From: Octopus bimaculoides
Lineage: Eukaryota
Assembly: GCF_001194135.2 (NCBI RefSeq)
Contig: NC_068990.1
Span: 51,844,271 to 51,895,724, forward strand
DNA length: 51,454 bases
Reading direction: 5' to 3'
Position numbers and translations under genes: made by a program. The notes under the pieces were generated by a model. That model did no database searches. It was not told the origin of the DNA and saw nothing but the letters and a program-made list of their open reading frames with translations. This document shows, one piece after another, positions 23,290-36,380 of the stretch (position 1 is its first letter; each line of letters begins with the position of its first letter).

Positions 23290-23420
23290 TGGTGGTCGTC
23301 ATAATGATGATGACGATGATGGCGGTGATGATGATGATGATGAGGAGGAGGAGGAGGAGGAGGAGGAGNNNNNNNNNNNNNNNNNNNNNNNNNNNNNNNN
23401 NTGGTGGAGGAGGAGGAGAA
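23290..23420. repeat. Compound (ATG)n/(GAG)n microsatellite spanning a small gap
   Basis: Read directly. Confidence 0.9.
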
Positions 23421-23699
23421 TGTAAGTTCCATATATTATCATCAATGACGTATTTATTTCTTAGGTTGCCAAACTATTTAACTCCAACAAGAATATAAAC
23501 TTACCGAAGATTTCGAGAAACATGACAGCCTCTAACCACTGAAAGCTTAGGAATATTGATTTATTGAATTGTGACAAAACTAGTAACTTATAACACAAGT
23601 GAGTGAAAGAAATTTAGTCATTTTTTTTTTCCTGTTCAGGAGAGACGAACGCCAGAATACAAGCAAGCAAGACTTGAACTCCGAGAATAAGAGGATGAT

Positions 23700-24050
23700 A
23701 TTCAACATTTCAAGGCATTCGATGCTCTATTGATGCTGCCAACTTACCATTAGGATGTGCTGCTGTCTGGTGTTTGTCTTTTCTACAGCTGCCACAGTTA
23801 CAGCTGTTCTTTAGAGCTGGCTCAGACCATCACTCAGTCACTCCCTATGTCTGCTCGCCTCTCTTCTCGTTCCATATATTGTATCCACCACCCACCAGAG
23901 TTTCATTCTAGCCACTAAATCCGTTCCTTCTTCCATAGAACATCGTCTCGCTGCAGCCATCAATTTGGTATTTTAAAGAGAGTCATTAATTGTTCGTTCC
24001 CGCTGGCCTCGGATTGGGTGCTATTAAGGCATCCCTATTCTTCAGATCGA
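23700..24050 (-). mobile_element. Highly decayed 3' fragment of an RTE-type LINE
   Basis: Fragmentary minus-strand peptides RSEE*.MP, AARRCSMEE and CNCGSCRK fall in the order expected for an RTE C-terminus. Confidence 0.4.
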
Positions 24051-24329
24051 TCCATAAAATATCAACAAAAAAAAAAGACATCGCTTACTAAACAACAAAC
24101 ATTTTCACCGCGAAATATTTCTAATATATTACGACGAATCTAAAACATTATCTTCATTCAATTTTAATTTTAACAAGCAAAAATTAGATACGATACAACT
24201 AAATATATCATATAATTTTTATATTTTTGTATTTTACTTTGAATAACTGCCCCTTGAATGACCGAGAGACTGGAGCAGAGAATAAATTAAATATAAACAT
24301 TCACGGTCATACAGATCTGGGATCGGAAA

Positions 24330-26000
24330 TAGGACTCGTATAAAGGAATACAGAGGAGACTGGAAGCGGCTGTGAGTACAGGCAATGCTGTAAAGCATTT
24401 GGTGCCCAAGTGGAATTGAAGATCCATCTAGGCAAGAAGTGTTTGAAGAAATCGAAGCAAATCATCTCAGGATTCAAACCACAGTGGATCGATGAATGCT
24501 TCATCTGAAGCTCCTTCAAAAATTCTTTAGGTCATGATGCCTCTTCGCCAGATGACACAACGATAAAAACAAAGGTTTTGTGTCCAACTGCAAATGAGAA
24601 GGCCACTTACAAAACTTTCGAAGAGGCTAATAGCGACAGGATAAAATTCACTAATGACGAACTGGATAGGCATATACATGAGACCGAAAGAGAGATCAAC
24701 TGTTCCTAAAGTGAGATCAACCGTTTCACAGGAAAGAAGTGGATAACCTCGTGAAGAAAGCAAGAGCGATGAGAGCATCAGGAGGTGACGGAGTCCCATA
24801 AACAGCGTACAAGTAGTGAATTCAATTACGATATAAGCTTTGCCTACTACTTGTGGCGTTAAAGCGAACTGGTCGATGACTGGTGTAAGTAGGAGTATAC
24901 TTACCGAAGGAAGCTGTTTGGCCAGTTCAGACTAATTTCATCCCTGAATGTAGATGGCAAAATTAACATGGGTGTACTTGCTAAGACTCTAACGATTTCA
25001 ATATGCGGTCCACGACATAAAATTTTACAGCGAACTGGCATCGTTTAAAAATTAGAATTGCTGTAGGTTGCACTATATCGGTCATCTGGTTCGCACTTGT
25101 TATGGAAATGCTACTTAGATCAGCAGACTGCTCAGAAGAAGTGGCTACAGTGAGATCACCTAAGAAGGCATTCACTGACGTCATAACAATACTCACAAGA
25201 GACCAAAAAGCTACGAAAACAGTTTCCTTCTTCAAACTTTCTATCATGTAGTGCCATCCCCACGCAATCTGCTGAGATGGGAAATAGCAAATGACAACAA
25301 ATGTAGATGCAGAAAAGCTGGCACGCTAAACCATATTCTATCTAACTGCTCAATGGTATTGGAAAAGTATACATAGAGGCACAATGAAGCCCTCAATGCC
25401 GCCAAGAAGCAGATGGAAGCAATCATTGGTGACAAGAAACCTCAGAAGGATGGCTGTAAACGGCTTATCACGTTTGTTTGTCAAGGTTAAGATGTTTACC
25501 CAAAACAGAAAAAAAAATTGTGAATGACGAGAACTGGGACAGAGTATGGAAAGAACAGGTAAGAAGCCGAATATAAGCTAATAAAAAGACTTTGTTGAAT
25601 TAACTGTTCCACACGAAGACAATTTAAATGCATCCTAAGTTAGGAAAGACAAGCGCTATGAGATACTACTGGAAGACTGGTTCGAGTGCAGTACATGTTC
25701 TTGTAGAAGTTGGATATAGGGATTTTATTGGGACCAGACTGCTATTAATCGGCATCCAACATCGGCAAGTAAACACCATCGTGAAGGAGATCCAGATGAC
25801 AATTGAGAGGGCCAGTCATTTGATATGGCTGAAAAATAATGACGAAACCCGGATGGAGAGGTGATGATCCCTAAATGAACTTGAGGTCGAATACTAGTCA
25901 GTTGAAGCCTCACATGAAAGAGTGGAGGCGGTGCGCTGTAAATCCATCGAGAGGATGGCCTCCAAACGGTGCGCATTTTCTCCTGATGACCCCTAAAACC
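24330..26000 (+). mobile_element. HERO-clade (R2 group, RLE) non-LTR retrotransposon, decayed and internally deleted
   Basis: N-terminal CCKAF...LKIHLGKKC; RT WHRLKIRIAVGCTISVIWFALVMEMLLRSA and KAFTDV; GTLNHILSNC...RHN; endonuclease VELTVPHED...VEVGYRDF...ERASHLIWLK. Confidence 0.8.
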
Positions 26001-26495
26001 TTCAAATTTCCAGTCTGCAAAATTCTCGACTGACTACACTAGCACACTCAAGCTATTTCCAAGTCTTTCTCTTCTCAAATTTTAGACGATAATGTATTTT
26101 TTCAAAACTTGTATGATCAGAAAGTCGTCTAGTTTTGTCGGTGCCTGAAGGCCGATTGAAAAACTGTTTTCTTCCTTTTAATACATTTGTTAGTTTGTTT
26201 TTTACTACTATCTCATATCCTTTTCTTAACCCCTTTATATCTCAGTTACTTATTGCTTTGTTGTCAATTCTTTTATTGCAGTTTATTTTATCAATTATTT
26301 TATCATCATTCTTTTTCATTCAAATATCCATGTATATAAAGTTTTTGTCATTAACTCTACTGTCTTAGAGGTAAATTTTCTTAAGGTAATTTCGAGCAAA
26401 GAAAAGTTTTGCTTCTCAAAAGTTACTGTTTGTTTACTGTGACTGTACAACAAGATTTTGCTCCATTCTTGTTGTTCTTTAATCTGGTGATGAGG

Positions 26496-26912
26496 TTACT
26501 CTTTACTCTTACTCTTTGACTTGTTTCAGTCATTTCACTGTGGCCATGCTAGAACCCACCTTTAGTCGAGCAAATCGACCCCAGGACTTATTCTTTGGAA
26601 GCCTAGTACTTATTCTATCGGTCTATTTTGCCGAACCGCTAAGTCACGGGGACGTAAACACACCAGCATCGGTTGTCAAGCGATGTTGGGGGGACAGACA
26701 CAGACACGCAAACATATACACTCACATACATATATATATACATATATACGACGGGCTTCTTTCAGTTTCCGTCTACCAAATCCACTCACAAGCCTTTGGT
26801 CGGCCCGAGGCTATAGTAGAAGACACTTGCCCAAGGTACCACGCAGTGGGACTGAACCCAGAACCATGTGGTTGATAAGCAAGCTACTTACCACACAGTC
26901 ACTCCTACGCCT
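26496..26912 (-). mobile_element. tRNA-derived CORE-like SINE with internal microsatellite
   Basis: Minus strand: tRNA-like head with ggttcagtccc B box, CORE-like ccttgggcaagtgtctt, and a (aagagta)n tail. Confidence 0.85.
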
Positions 26913-27022
26913 ATGGAGGTTGTGGAGATTTGATTAATTATATCGCGTCTATTCTATATTTTAGAGATGTACACTATTTACATTGGACGGATAGGTGACC
27001 TCACCTTATTTGTTGGTACCAC

Positions 27023-27058
27023 AACGTTTCGGCTGATGTATTCACTAGCCTTCATCAA
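27023..27058 (-). ncRNA. Truncated hammerhead remnant of the Penelope-associated type
   Basis: Minus strand TTGATGA-A-ggct...agcc-GAAAC-GT-T with palindromic ACGT P3. C3U change and no P1 partner. Confidence 0.4.
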
Positions 27059-27377
27059 AAATAAATCCGCGGAAGTATATTATTGACATTGAATTTATCA
27101 ATGACTCTTTTGATTGTAGAAAACTGGTATATTTTGACTCAATCTCAGAACTTTAAAATATAAATATAGGATTTGACTCTCTTCATCATCCCCTAATATC
27201 TTGGTAACAGGAAAAATATTATTAAACAATTAAGCAAAACAAACTTGAAGGTCGGTTGTATTCAGTAGAAAACATTATAGATAGTATGGAATGTCAATGA
27301 AATGGTAAGGCATTAAGTAAGTTTTAAAATTTAAAAATGGAATTTGTAATTAATTTATTTGGTTTCACTGATATATA

Positions 27378-27819
27378 CAGGTCATCGTCGATTTACAACC
27401 ACAATTGGTTCCGACTGTTTGGTTGTAAGTCGGCCTATAGGCCCACATAGCTTTGTTTTATACTTTTACATTCTTAAGGTACATTCTCAGGTAAAGGTCA
27501 CACACATCATTCTGTATTATAGTATTATACTGGAGTTACTCAAAAATTTCGGAGTTTCAAGCAGTCGTCTTATAAAAAAATACGTGGTTGCCTCGATGTC
27601 TCCGAGACAGGATAGTCATCCAACACAGTAGCGATCGATAATCAAACCTAGGGGAAGCGTTTTTTAGCTGACATGATCCGTAGACGGGTTAATTTCTAAG
27701 AAATTAAACTCATTAGATTTCAACTGGACTATTTACTATTGCTGCCGGGAGCTGGTGCGCCAATCGTCCTGAAGTCCATCGGTCATAAGTCGGATAGGTC
27801 GTAAATCGACGACAACCTG
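27378..27819. mobile_element. pogo/Tigger-type MITE (23-bp TIR, TA TSD)
   Basis: caggtcatcgtcgatttacaacc (27378-400) versus ggtcgtaaatcgacgacaacctg (27797-819), 20/23 match; TA on both sides. Confidence 0.82.
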
Positions 27820-27889
27820 TAATCATTATAGGTTATACCATTCAATTTCTGGAATAGTAAGTATATATTACAAACATATACGCGTGCGC

Positions 27890-28050
<161 letters not shown>

Positions 28051-29176
28051 TATATATATCTTTGTATGCATGTATACTCACGTACCTATCAGCGGCTACA
28101 TTTACGTATAGAAATGTAGGTGCAATTAAACATGCATTAATGCAATACATACACGTGTTTAACATATACATACGTGCATAGCATGAGTTGAAAGTAAAAA
28201 TTACTTAGGAAGCCTCAATGAGATATATGTAAGAGTGTAATAGGCTGTAAGGCATTGTAATTTAAACAAGATATGTGTTCAGGATTACTGTTATTGTAAT
28301 TTTAGACTTTTGAGTGGATTCTATACTTACATGGTGAGTTCAGTTCAGTGTAGCGGTTTAGTAGGTTTGTTTAAGAAAAATTAATTTCGAAGAATTCATA
28401 GATACATAGTTATGCTGATTGTATTATATAACATTGATATTTTATACTAAAAATATACGTGTTTTGCGTATATATGTGGTTGGGTGGGTGTGGTCGGGTG
28501 TAAACCAGTAATTTGGAAGAGTCGTGAAGTATAGAAAACTTCCTTACGCTGTTATAGCTCTTTACATAGTGAGTTCAAACACAATAATATCATGTTTACA
28601 TTTCATCTTTCTAGAATCAATAAAGAATCAGTAAATTGGAACAATTTTTCTATATCTCATAATCGATTACACTATACTGGGGCGGGGTCATTGTGGACCA
28701 GTCAGAGTGGAATATACACAATATCAAAAGAGCTGCTAATAGGATCATGCTTTACTATACATTAAATTGGCAAATTTATAAAACACTCCATGTTTACTTC
28801 ACCAAGCAATCTCTCAAGCTCAGTTCATATGTTAGATGTATTTAGAAATTAGGGCGCTGGACTGTGAGAAAACGGGAGTAACGAGAAGAAAAACACGCGA
28901 AGACGGTTGATGCAAAAATTGGAACGAGAAGAAAGAAAAGAAAAGTAAGAAAATGAACTTCGTCCTCTTTGATTTTAGAAACCATAATTAATGTAGCTGG
29001 TGCAGAATAATATAAAAGAAAGGAGGCCAAAGTCTGTGAAATTGCTACTCAATCCGGAGTGGGTTGAGGACGCCATATATGAATAATCGCAAGCGTTAGT
29101 AAGTATCCTCTTTATACATTATTACATACCGGTGCTCACACACAGATACGCGCGCGCACCCAGTATTTCACACGCG

Positions 29177-29178
<2 letters not shown>

Positions 29179-29268
<90 letters not shown>
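29179..29268. repeat. (CA)n microsatellite
   Basis: Read directly. Confidence 0.95.
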
Positions 29269-29270
<2 letters not shown>

Positions 29271-30081
29271 ATAGTACAAAACGCCAATTTCGGAGTAATA
29301 GTTTAATCGTAGAAGATTGATAATTAGTTGAATTACCAAACGGAATTATAATCATATCAGTTGTCACAAAATCGAGAACTTACTACACACGCATTTTTAC
29401 TGGTTAAGAGTTGGGCTACAGCACAGACGCTTATACGAGTAAATAAATTTTCGCTATAATTGCGATAACATAAATTGTAAATGAAATCAATGAACTCACA
29501 GTGTCTCATATACGGACTGAGTTAATAGTTCTGTGTCTTAGATATACTGTGTTTCTGCCTGTTTGAAGTCCACATCTTTCGCTCGAAATCTATTAGACAC
29601 CCAGGGTATGCCACATTTCCTATCAAGCTGTATTTATCTACGTGATAACCTAATCACTCTTTAAGTGATACGACACATTTCATTTCACAAAATAACATTT
29701 CATCGTGAGTGACTGTTTTTTCTTTGTAAGTGTATTTATATGCTGTTGTTGTGGTCTCAATATTAATCTGTACGTGAGATATCACAGTATCTATAAAGGT
29801 TTGTTTGTTTACTTCACCAATTTATATATGTTATATATCAACACTAAAAGCTTTCGTAATTGAGTCTTTTAATAGTAACATTACGTTTAAATGAATTACA
29901 ACAGATACTGTTTCTTCTAAGCCGACAGTCAAAGCCATGATACATTACATAAATGTCTCTGTAAAATAGATACATTAGCAAGGCTGCTTAGACGAAATGA
30001 AAATAAAAGCATTTGTTTGGGCAATTTGCCAAATTCTAATAGCTAATAGTAAAACAAAAGAAATAATGGATATTTGTTGTT

Positions 30082-30086
30082 CTGGG

Positions 30087-30145
<59 letters not shown>

Positions 30146-30520
30146 CTAAAATTTTCGTTGCGACTTACAACCTTTTCAATAGTCTGACTCTGTCCATTAA
30201 CGGAATTGCGTTTTTCTGTCTTTTATGTACTCATGCGTGTGCGTCAGTGTGCGTGCGCATACACATATGTATATATATGTATGTATGTACGTATGTGTAT
30301 GCATGTGTGTGTGTATGCATGTATGTGTGTGTATGCATATACATATGTATGCATGTGTCCACATTTCTATATATATGTATGTGTTTATGTCTGCGTATAT
30401 ATATATGTATGCGTATGTGCACGTTTGTATTTATGTATTGTGCATATCCATGTGCTTGTGTGTTCATGTTTGTGTGTTTGTGTGCGTGTGTTTGTATGTG
30501 TGTGTGTATTTGTGAGTTCC
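30082..30520. repeat. (TA)n tract (30082-30142) and compound RY microsatellite (about 30230-30520)
   Basis: Read directly. Confidence 0.9.
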
Positions 30521-30559
30521 TCTGTCTCCTTGTGTGGGCATGTTTGGAGTTTGTGTGCT

Positions 30560-31105
30560 ATGTGTATTCAGATTTCATCTTCAAGATTACCGTCACAGAT
30601 GGTGCTGCTTCTTTGAAGTATTTGAGTGTAAAATATTGCTTGTGTATGCGAGGAGAGAAGGTTTTATCCCTAATGTTTAGGATGTTATCTGTTGATTGTA
30701 TAATGTTTAATTTTTCTGTAATACAGAGTTCACACTTAGTACCCCGCCTCTGTACTTTTTGGCTTTAGCAATAATATTCCATTCTACATGAGAATTCCTA
30801 ATTTATCTTCCTTCAATGTCCATATCATATTTGACAGAGATGCAGCGTTTTTTTTTTGTCTCTGAATGACGCCAGGTTTTGCGTATAACTTTTCTTGAAT
30901 GAGTTGCCCGTCATGCCGATATACGTCTTTGCCACTCCGTTGGGGTCCGTGATCTTCGCCTTGTATACGAGTTCTTTCTCGAGACAGTTGTTGTTTAGAG
31001 GGCAGTGGTTTGGAGATCTAGAGTTTCATTGTCTTTTGGGGGTGTTTTTGATGTGTTTATATTTATTGTAATTGAGTATTATTGACTCTATATTGGAGAG
31101 GCAAC
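30560..31105 (-). mobile_element. Penelope-like element 3' fragment (GIY-YIG)
   Basis: NYSCLSNI...HCPLNNNCLEKELVYKAKITD...TYIGMTGNSFKK...SLSNMIWTLK...EWNIIAKAK...CELCITEKLNI. Confidence 0.88.
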
Positions 31106-31134
31106 TATAGTTACAAGAGATATTTTACATCCAT

Positions 31135-32359
31135 AACCAACTAGAGCAGTAAGCGTTGATGCAATTCAAATAGTCAAAGAACATATCAATCAATTTCATG
31201 TAGTAATGTCTCATTATTGCCGATCTACATCATCTCGAAAATATTTTAACTCATAAGCTCTATATATCAGACATGGCTTCAAAGTGCTTACACCTGCTAA
31301 AGAGTGGAAATATCAGATTTTCACGACATGTTTTAATTCGGAATTCTACACTCCAGGGAAGGATATTTGCGATAAATGCTCTGCATTCAAAGTTCTTGAA
31401 ACATTTCGGAGAATGTCCAATGAGGATCAACAACTAAAACAAAATCATTATACTGAAAGGATGACTTTTAGGTTGCAGAGACATATTGATACGAATAACA
31501 ATGATTCATCAGTTCTACTTATCAGCTTTGATTTAGAGAATGTATTTTCGCTCTCTCGTACCAATCTTGGCTCTGATTATCATACGAGATAACTCAACAC
31601 TTATAATCTTACAGCTAATGTTAAGCAAACTAAAAAAGGATATAATGCAATTTGGATAGAGTCTACTCCAAGTAGAAGTTCAAATGATTTAGTCAGCGGT
31701 GTTAACCATATTCTTAAGCAGATCTTAATAGCCAATCCAATGGCAAGCTCACTAATTCTTTGGCCTGATTCTTGTATAGCACATAATCGCAACAAAATTT
31801 TATCTTATGCATTTCAACATTTATTAGAGAGCAGTACCCAGCTCACAAACATAACATACAGATATTGTGGGCCTGGGCATTCAAATATACAGGACGTTGA
31901 CAACTTATACTCCTGCATTGAAAACATCTGAAGGGTCTGGATATACATTCACCTGCATCTCTTGTGCGTCTGTTAAAACAGTTCTCACCAGCTAATGTGT
32001 CGATATATATACATTTAATATCTGAGCGTGGTTTTTATGATTACAAGACTTGCAGTGATAGTGGAAATTACCCTGGAGTGGGATATTTTAGTGTTAAAGT
32101 CGCATATGAAGCTCCTAATCTTTATAGCCTAGCAATTAGGAAATCGCTAATCCTAGAGGCTGCAAAATCAGTTATCAATGTGTTAAAGAAAGTGTCATTG
32201 AGAAATGAGAAAGTCAAGCCACTAAGAGCTCAAAAATTCTTGCAATGCTGCGCCACTATCATGAAGGAGAAAGCATATTTGCACTCATTGCTCAAGCATA
32301 TGGATGATGATGATTACACCTTATTGAGCTCTCTTGTTACAAAATCACTGGCCGAATAA
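31135..32359 (+). mobile_element. Sola-superfamily (probably Sola1) DDD transposase pseudogene
   Basis: SHYCRSTSSRKY; F.TPGKDICDKC; SFDLENVF; R*LNTYNLT; W.E...RSSNDL.S; LILWPDSCIAHNRN; GHSNIQDVDNLYSCIE. In-frame stops present; TIRs not identified. Confidence 0.8.
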
Positions 32360-33429
32360 GGGAGATAGGGAAATAAACCATCACCAAATAATCCACTTTA
32401 CACTTTCTTGCTTTAATATGTAGTCAAATATTCACTTGATTTAAGCTTAGCTGTAGCATATAATGTTATCGAAATGTTTCAATATTATTTGTGAAAATTA
32501 ATTAAATGTTAGATGCCAGTTCGGAAAATTGTGGTAATTATATTAATAGTTAGTCCAAAATAGTTTGTTGTTCAGTATTGAGATTTTGTTAATGAGCCAT
32601 CCAGTTAGCCCTTTTTGACTCTGGTTTCACAATCAGTTCAGTGGTAAATCGGACTAACTGGTTTTAGCTATTTTGCAAATTGCACAATGTTTACATAACA
32701 TGCATATTTTTGGTATACTAACTATACATATGAAACCTAGAAGCACACTCCAGGTTATTGAGAGAATTCCAGTATGCAATGGAAGGAAGACTATTAGAAC
32801 TCATTTTAATACCTCAATTTTCTCAAAATGTCGGAATCTCCAGTTCACCTATTTTGATACTAAGGCAACGATATGCGCTCATAGAAAGACAAGTATGTTA
32901 AACATATGCAAACAAGAAAAGGGCAAAGAGAGAAAAGTAACTTGTAAATAGGGTTAAACGAGTGTAATTTAGGATGTTAAAAATTATAAATATCATAGAT
33001 GAAATTGCTCAGTGAGATTGGTGGCCCTTGGAAGGTTTGCAGGTTTAATATACTAATTTTATTTAAAAATATGATTTTATAAAGACCTAAACTTCTAGCT
33101 ATAGCGTACAAAACAAAGTGAATATGAAGCACAAAAATAAAATAATATAAAATGGCGAAAAAAATAGAACTGGCAAGACCTTCAAAAATCCACAATGATA
33201 TCAAAATAATGATATTAAAAAAATTCTGGACATCAGCTTAAAGTTTACATATATAAGGCAGTTGGGAAAAACTACGGACGAAATGTTGTATCGTGCATCA
33301 GAAAAGGAATCGTTTAAAACAATCAAAGAGGGCGATAATTTGTAATAAAAACCCATGTTTTTTTTTTTTTTACAAAAAAAGGGTGGGCAGTGCATGATAA
33401 AAATGGAGTTTATGGTAAAGTCCAAATTG

Positions 33430-34650
33430 GCTATTCATATAGAATCCTCTGGCAGCGTATAAGATACATACAAGCACGTCTGTAAAAACTTTGGAGTTCC
33501 GTCTTGCGGTTTAATGCATACTTATCCTGGAAAAGAATAGCAAACTTCTAGCTCAGACATAATGAACATCTCATTAAGTTCTTGTATCATCCGTTCTTGT
33601 ATGAAGTAGCCTTCTCCAATTTGGACCAATAACATTTAAATGGGGAAGATCCTACTTCTTTTAACTGCCATGTGTTTGGCCAGGCTCATTGCTGACCTCT
33701 TTTCCTGTGCAATTTTCTGTGGAACCTGTGAATTGTTTGTATGTATTGGAGTTACCCAACTGAACCTTCATCCTATAAACAATGTCTTTAATTACGCAAT
33801 ATCCATCTAAAGAACAGTTACTCGGGTCTTTGCATTTACGTTTTGGATCAGGTTCTTCCGCGGCGCAGTTGGTTCTGTTAAGAATGGTTGTATTATGCTG
33901 GTTTATAAAAGAGATGAAATTTTTGCAACAAGAATAGCTAACCTTTAACGTTCTTCTATTGAAAATTCTATGATGTTTATGACTGGCTGGAAAGTGTCTA
34001 GAATCTTGATTTAAAAATTCTCTGCCTACATTAGTTCTAACGGTAATGTTAAACGTTAAATTGTATCATAAAACCTTTCTTGTTCTGGTTCTACGGGTCC
34101 TACTATGGTTACTTCCGTCATCAATATAGTGGATCTTCTCTGAGAACTCATTATTTCGTAGAGTATAATGCAGAGAGGCATCGCGAAAGGCTGCCTCGTT
34201 CGATGACAATGATGAAATGCGCTTTCCTATATTGCTTACCGTGTTTCTAAGAATAATGGGTAAATGATTAAACCCTTTATCAATGTAGAATAGCCTTTTA
34301 TTAAGCTTACGAAAGGGCTTAATTCTATCTGATCCTAAATCTACTAAATCTAGATTAATATCTAAAAAGTTAACACAATTTATTGTACTTCGTGTTTGAA
34401 GCTCCGATGAAGGTTATACTCAAGCACTAAATTATTAATGCATTTCACCTTATAGCAGAAACAGCTATAAGGCAATGAAGTTCATAACATAATCATTTAT
34501 TCCTTTGTCATCCCAATTTCTTATTACCACTCTGTACTTGACTGAGGTTTTGTACTGAAACATATGTTAACGTCGTCTAAGCCATTAATAAATGTTTCAT
34601 TTGTCAGGGATTATTTCATATGATTTTACTGTAGAAGAAGGTAAGATTTT
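33430..34650 (-). mobile_element. Penelope-like element, RT thumb to GIY-YIG fragment
   Basis: CVNFLDINLDL...KPFRK; HFPASHKHHRIFNRRTLKVSYSCCKN; CKDPSNCSLDGYCVIKDIVYRMKV. Many stops. Confidence 0.87.
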
Positions 34651-34935
34651 AAAGAAGAAAAATCCCATAACAAACACAGATAACGGTATAACGTTGTGAA
34701 GGGTGATGACTTTGAAAAAGATATAATGTCGAAACAACGTCCTTGAAAAAGTAACATTAAACAGAAAGTGACTGTACAGATAAGAATAATTTTGTGATAT
34801 AAAGTTGAAAATAATCGTTAAGAAGTGTAACGAAAAAATAAAAGTAGGAAAAGTTAGAGTTGTAGAAAAAATAAAAGAAAGTAACATCAAAAAGAATGAC
34901 ATAGCGAGCAATACACCACAGAGGAGAATAATATC

Positions 34936-35095
34936 CTTTTCTACACTAGGCACAAGGCCTGAAATTTGGGGGGAGGGGACCAGTCGATCAGATCGACTCC
35001 AGTACGCGACTGGTACTTAATTTATCGACCCCGAGAGGATGAAAGGCAAAGTCGACTTCGGCGGAATTTGAATTCAGAACGTAAAGACAGACGAA
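34936..35095 (-). mobile_element. 5'-truncated family A SINE with a 12-bp TSD
   Basis: Reverse complement of the 3891-4105 family. TSD gagaataatatc at 34924-34935; the right copy is split by the MITE (35096-35105 and 36063-36072). Confidence 0.85.
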
Positions 35096-35105
35096 GAGAA
35101 TAATA

Positions 35106-36062
35106 GGATCTTTTCCCTTTGAACGGCACATCGAGAAATTATTTTTTTGTAACTAAACACTTTCAAACTTCGGACACTGGTAGAATGTGTCATTTAAACC
35201 TCTTTTACTCTTAGTGTTGTTGAGAAAAGTTTATATTTTTAAAGTTATTTCGTGTTAAAGTTGTCATATTTCGGTAATTTCAACCAATTAATGACGTGTA
35301 TTCAGCTGAATAAAATTACTGCCGTTGTTTGTCAACAACAACTTTCAGCGGTGTATACTTCGTTTATCATCGTTCGTGCGTTTGTACTGGTTTTAGCTTT
35401 AGAGTTTTAGGGTTAGGGTTAGGGTTTTAGGGTCAGGGTTAGGGTTTTAGGGTTAGGGATAGGATTTTAAAGTTAGGGTTAGGGTTTTAGGGTTAGGTTA
35501 GGGTTAGGGTTTTAGGGTTAGAGTTAGGGTTAGGGTTACGGTTAAGGTTTTAGGGTTACGGTTAGGGTAAGGATTGGGGTTTTAGGGTTAGAGTTATGAA
35601 AATGTGAAAAATGAAGAAATTGGAGAGGGAAGGGGGAAAAAATGTCTTTCCGAAAATAGTAGCTGAAAAACAGGAATAAATAACTAAATGCAGTAGAAAT
35701 GCACGAACGATTGTGGTGGTGCCATGAAGTAAACATGCTTCATATACACTCGTTTATTCATAAACGTAACTGAGATAAAATATGTCTTAAATAACAGTGA
35801 CAAACGAAATATACACCGCCGGAAGTTGTTGTTGACAAACAACAGCAGTAATCTTATTCAGCTGAATACACGTCATTGATTGGTTGAAATTACCGAAATA
35901 CGACAACTTTAACACGAAATAACTTCGAAAATACGCAATTTTCTCAAAAACGCCAAGTGTAAATGATGTTTTATGTGACACATTCTACCAGTATACGAAT
36001 TTGGAAAGTGTTTAGTTACAAAAAATTATTTTTTAAATGTGCCGGCCAAAGGGAAAAGATCC
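35106..36062. mobile_element. MITE with about 265-bp TIRs, GG...CC termini, 8-bp TSD and internal TTAGGG array (Merlin-like signature)
   Basis: ggatcttttccctttg at the left end and caaagggaaaagatcc at the right. Arms 35106-about 35372 and about 35797-36062 are inverted. TSD gaataata at 35098-35105 and 36063-36070. Confidence 0.9.
35392..35592 (+). repeat. Interstitial telomeric array (TTAGGG with TTTTAGGG and other variants)
   Basis: About 200 bp of TTAGGG, TTTTAGGG and TTACGG units read directly. Confidence 0.93.
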
Positions 36063-36339
36063 GAATAATATCGTACAGGAAAGATACGGGTTGCGACGTA
36101 GAAATCGAAGTATCTTAGGACTAATACAATTTCGACGGTTCAAGCAACAAATTCTCATTCCCCCACCCCTTAAAAATTTCGGTTACGCCTTTAAATAAAA
36201 AATTATGATGTATTAAGAAATAAATGGTTTTCCAAATATCGTAAAAGTAAATATATATACATAACTTTACAAGATATAAGAATTTCTAAAGATATGCAAA
36301 ACATTTTCTAATACATATGATTTTATGATTGCTGTGTAT

Positions 36340-36380
<41 letters not shown>

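Noticed and set aside
32946-32957. piggyBac-like end (AGGG-TTAA)
   Set aside because: No matching opposite TIR or transposase was found.
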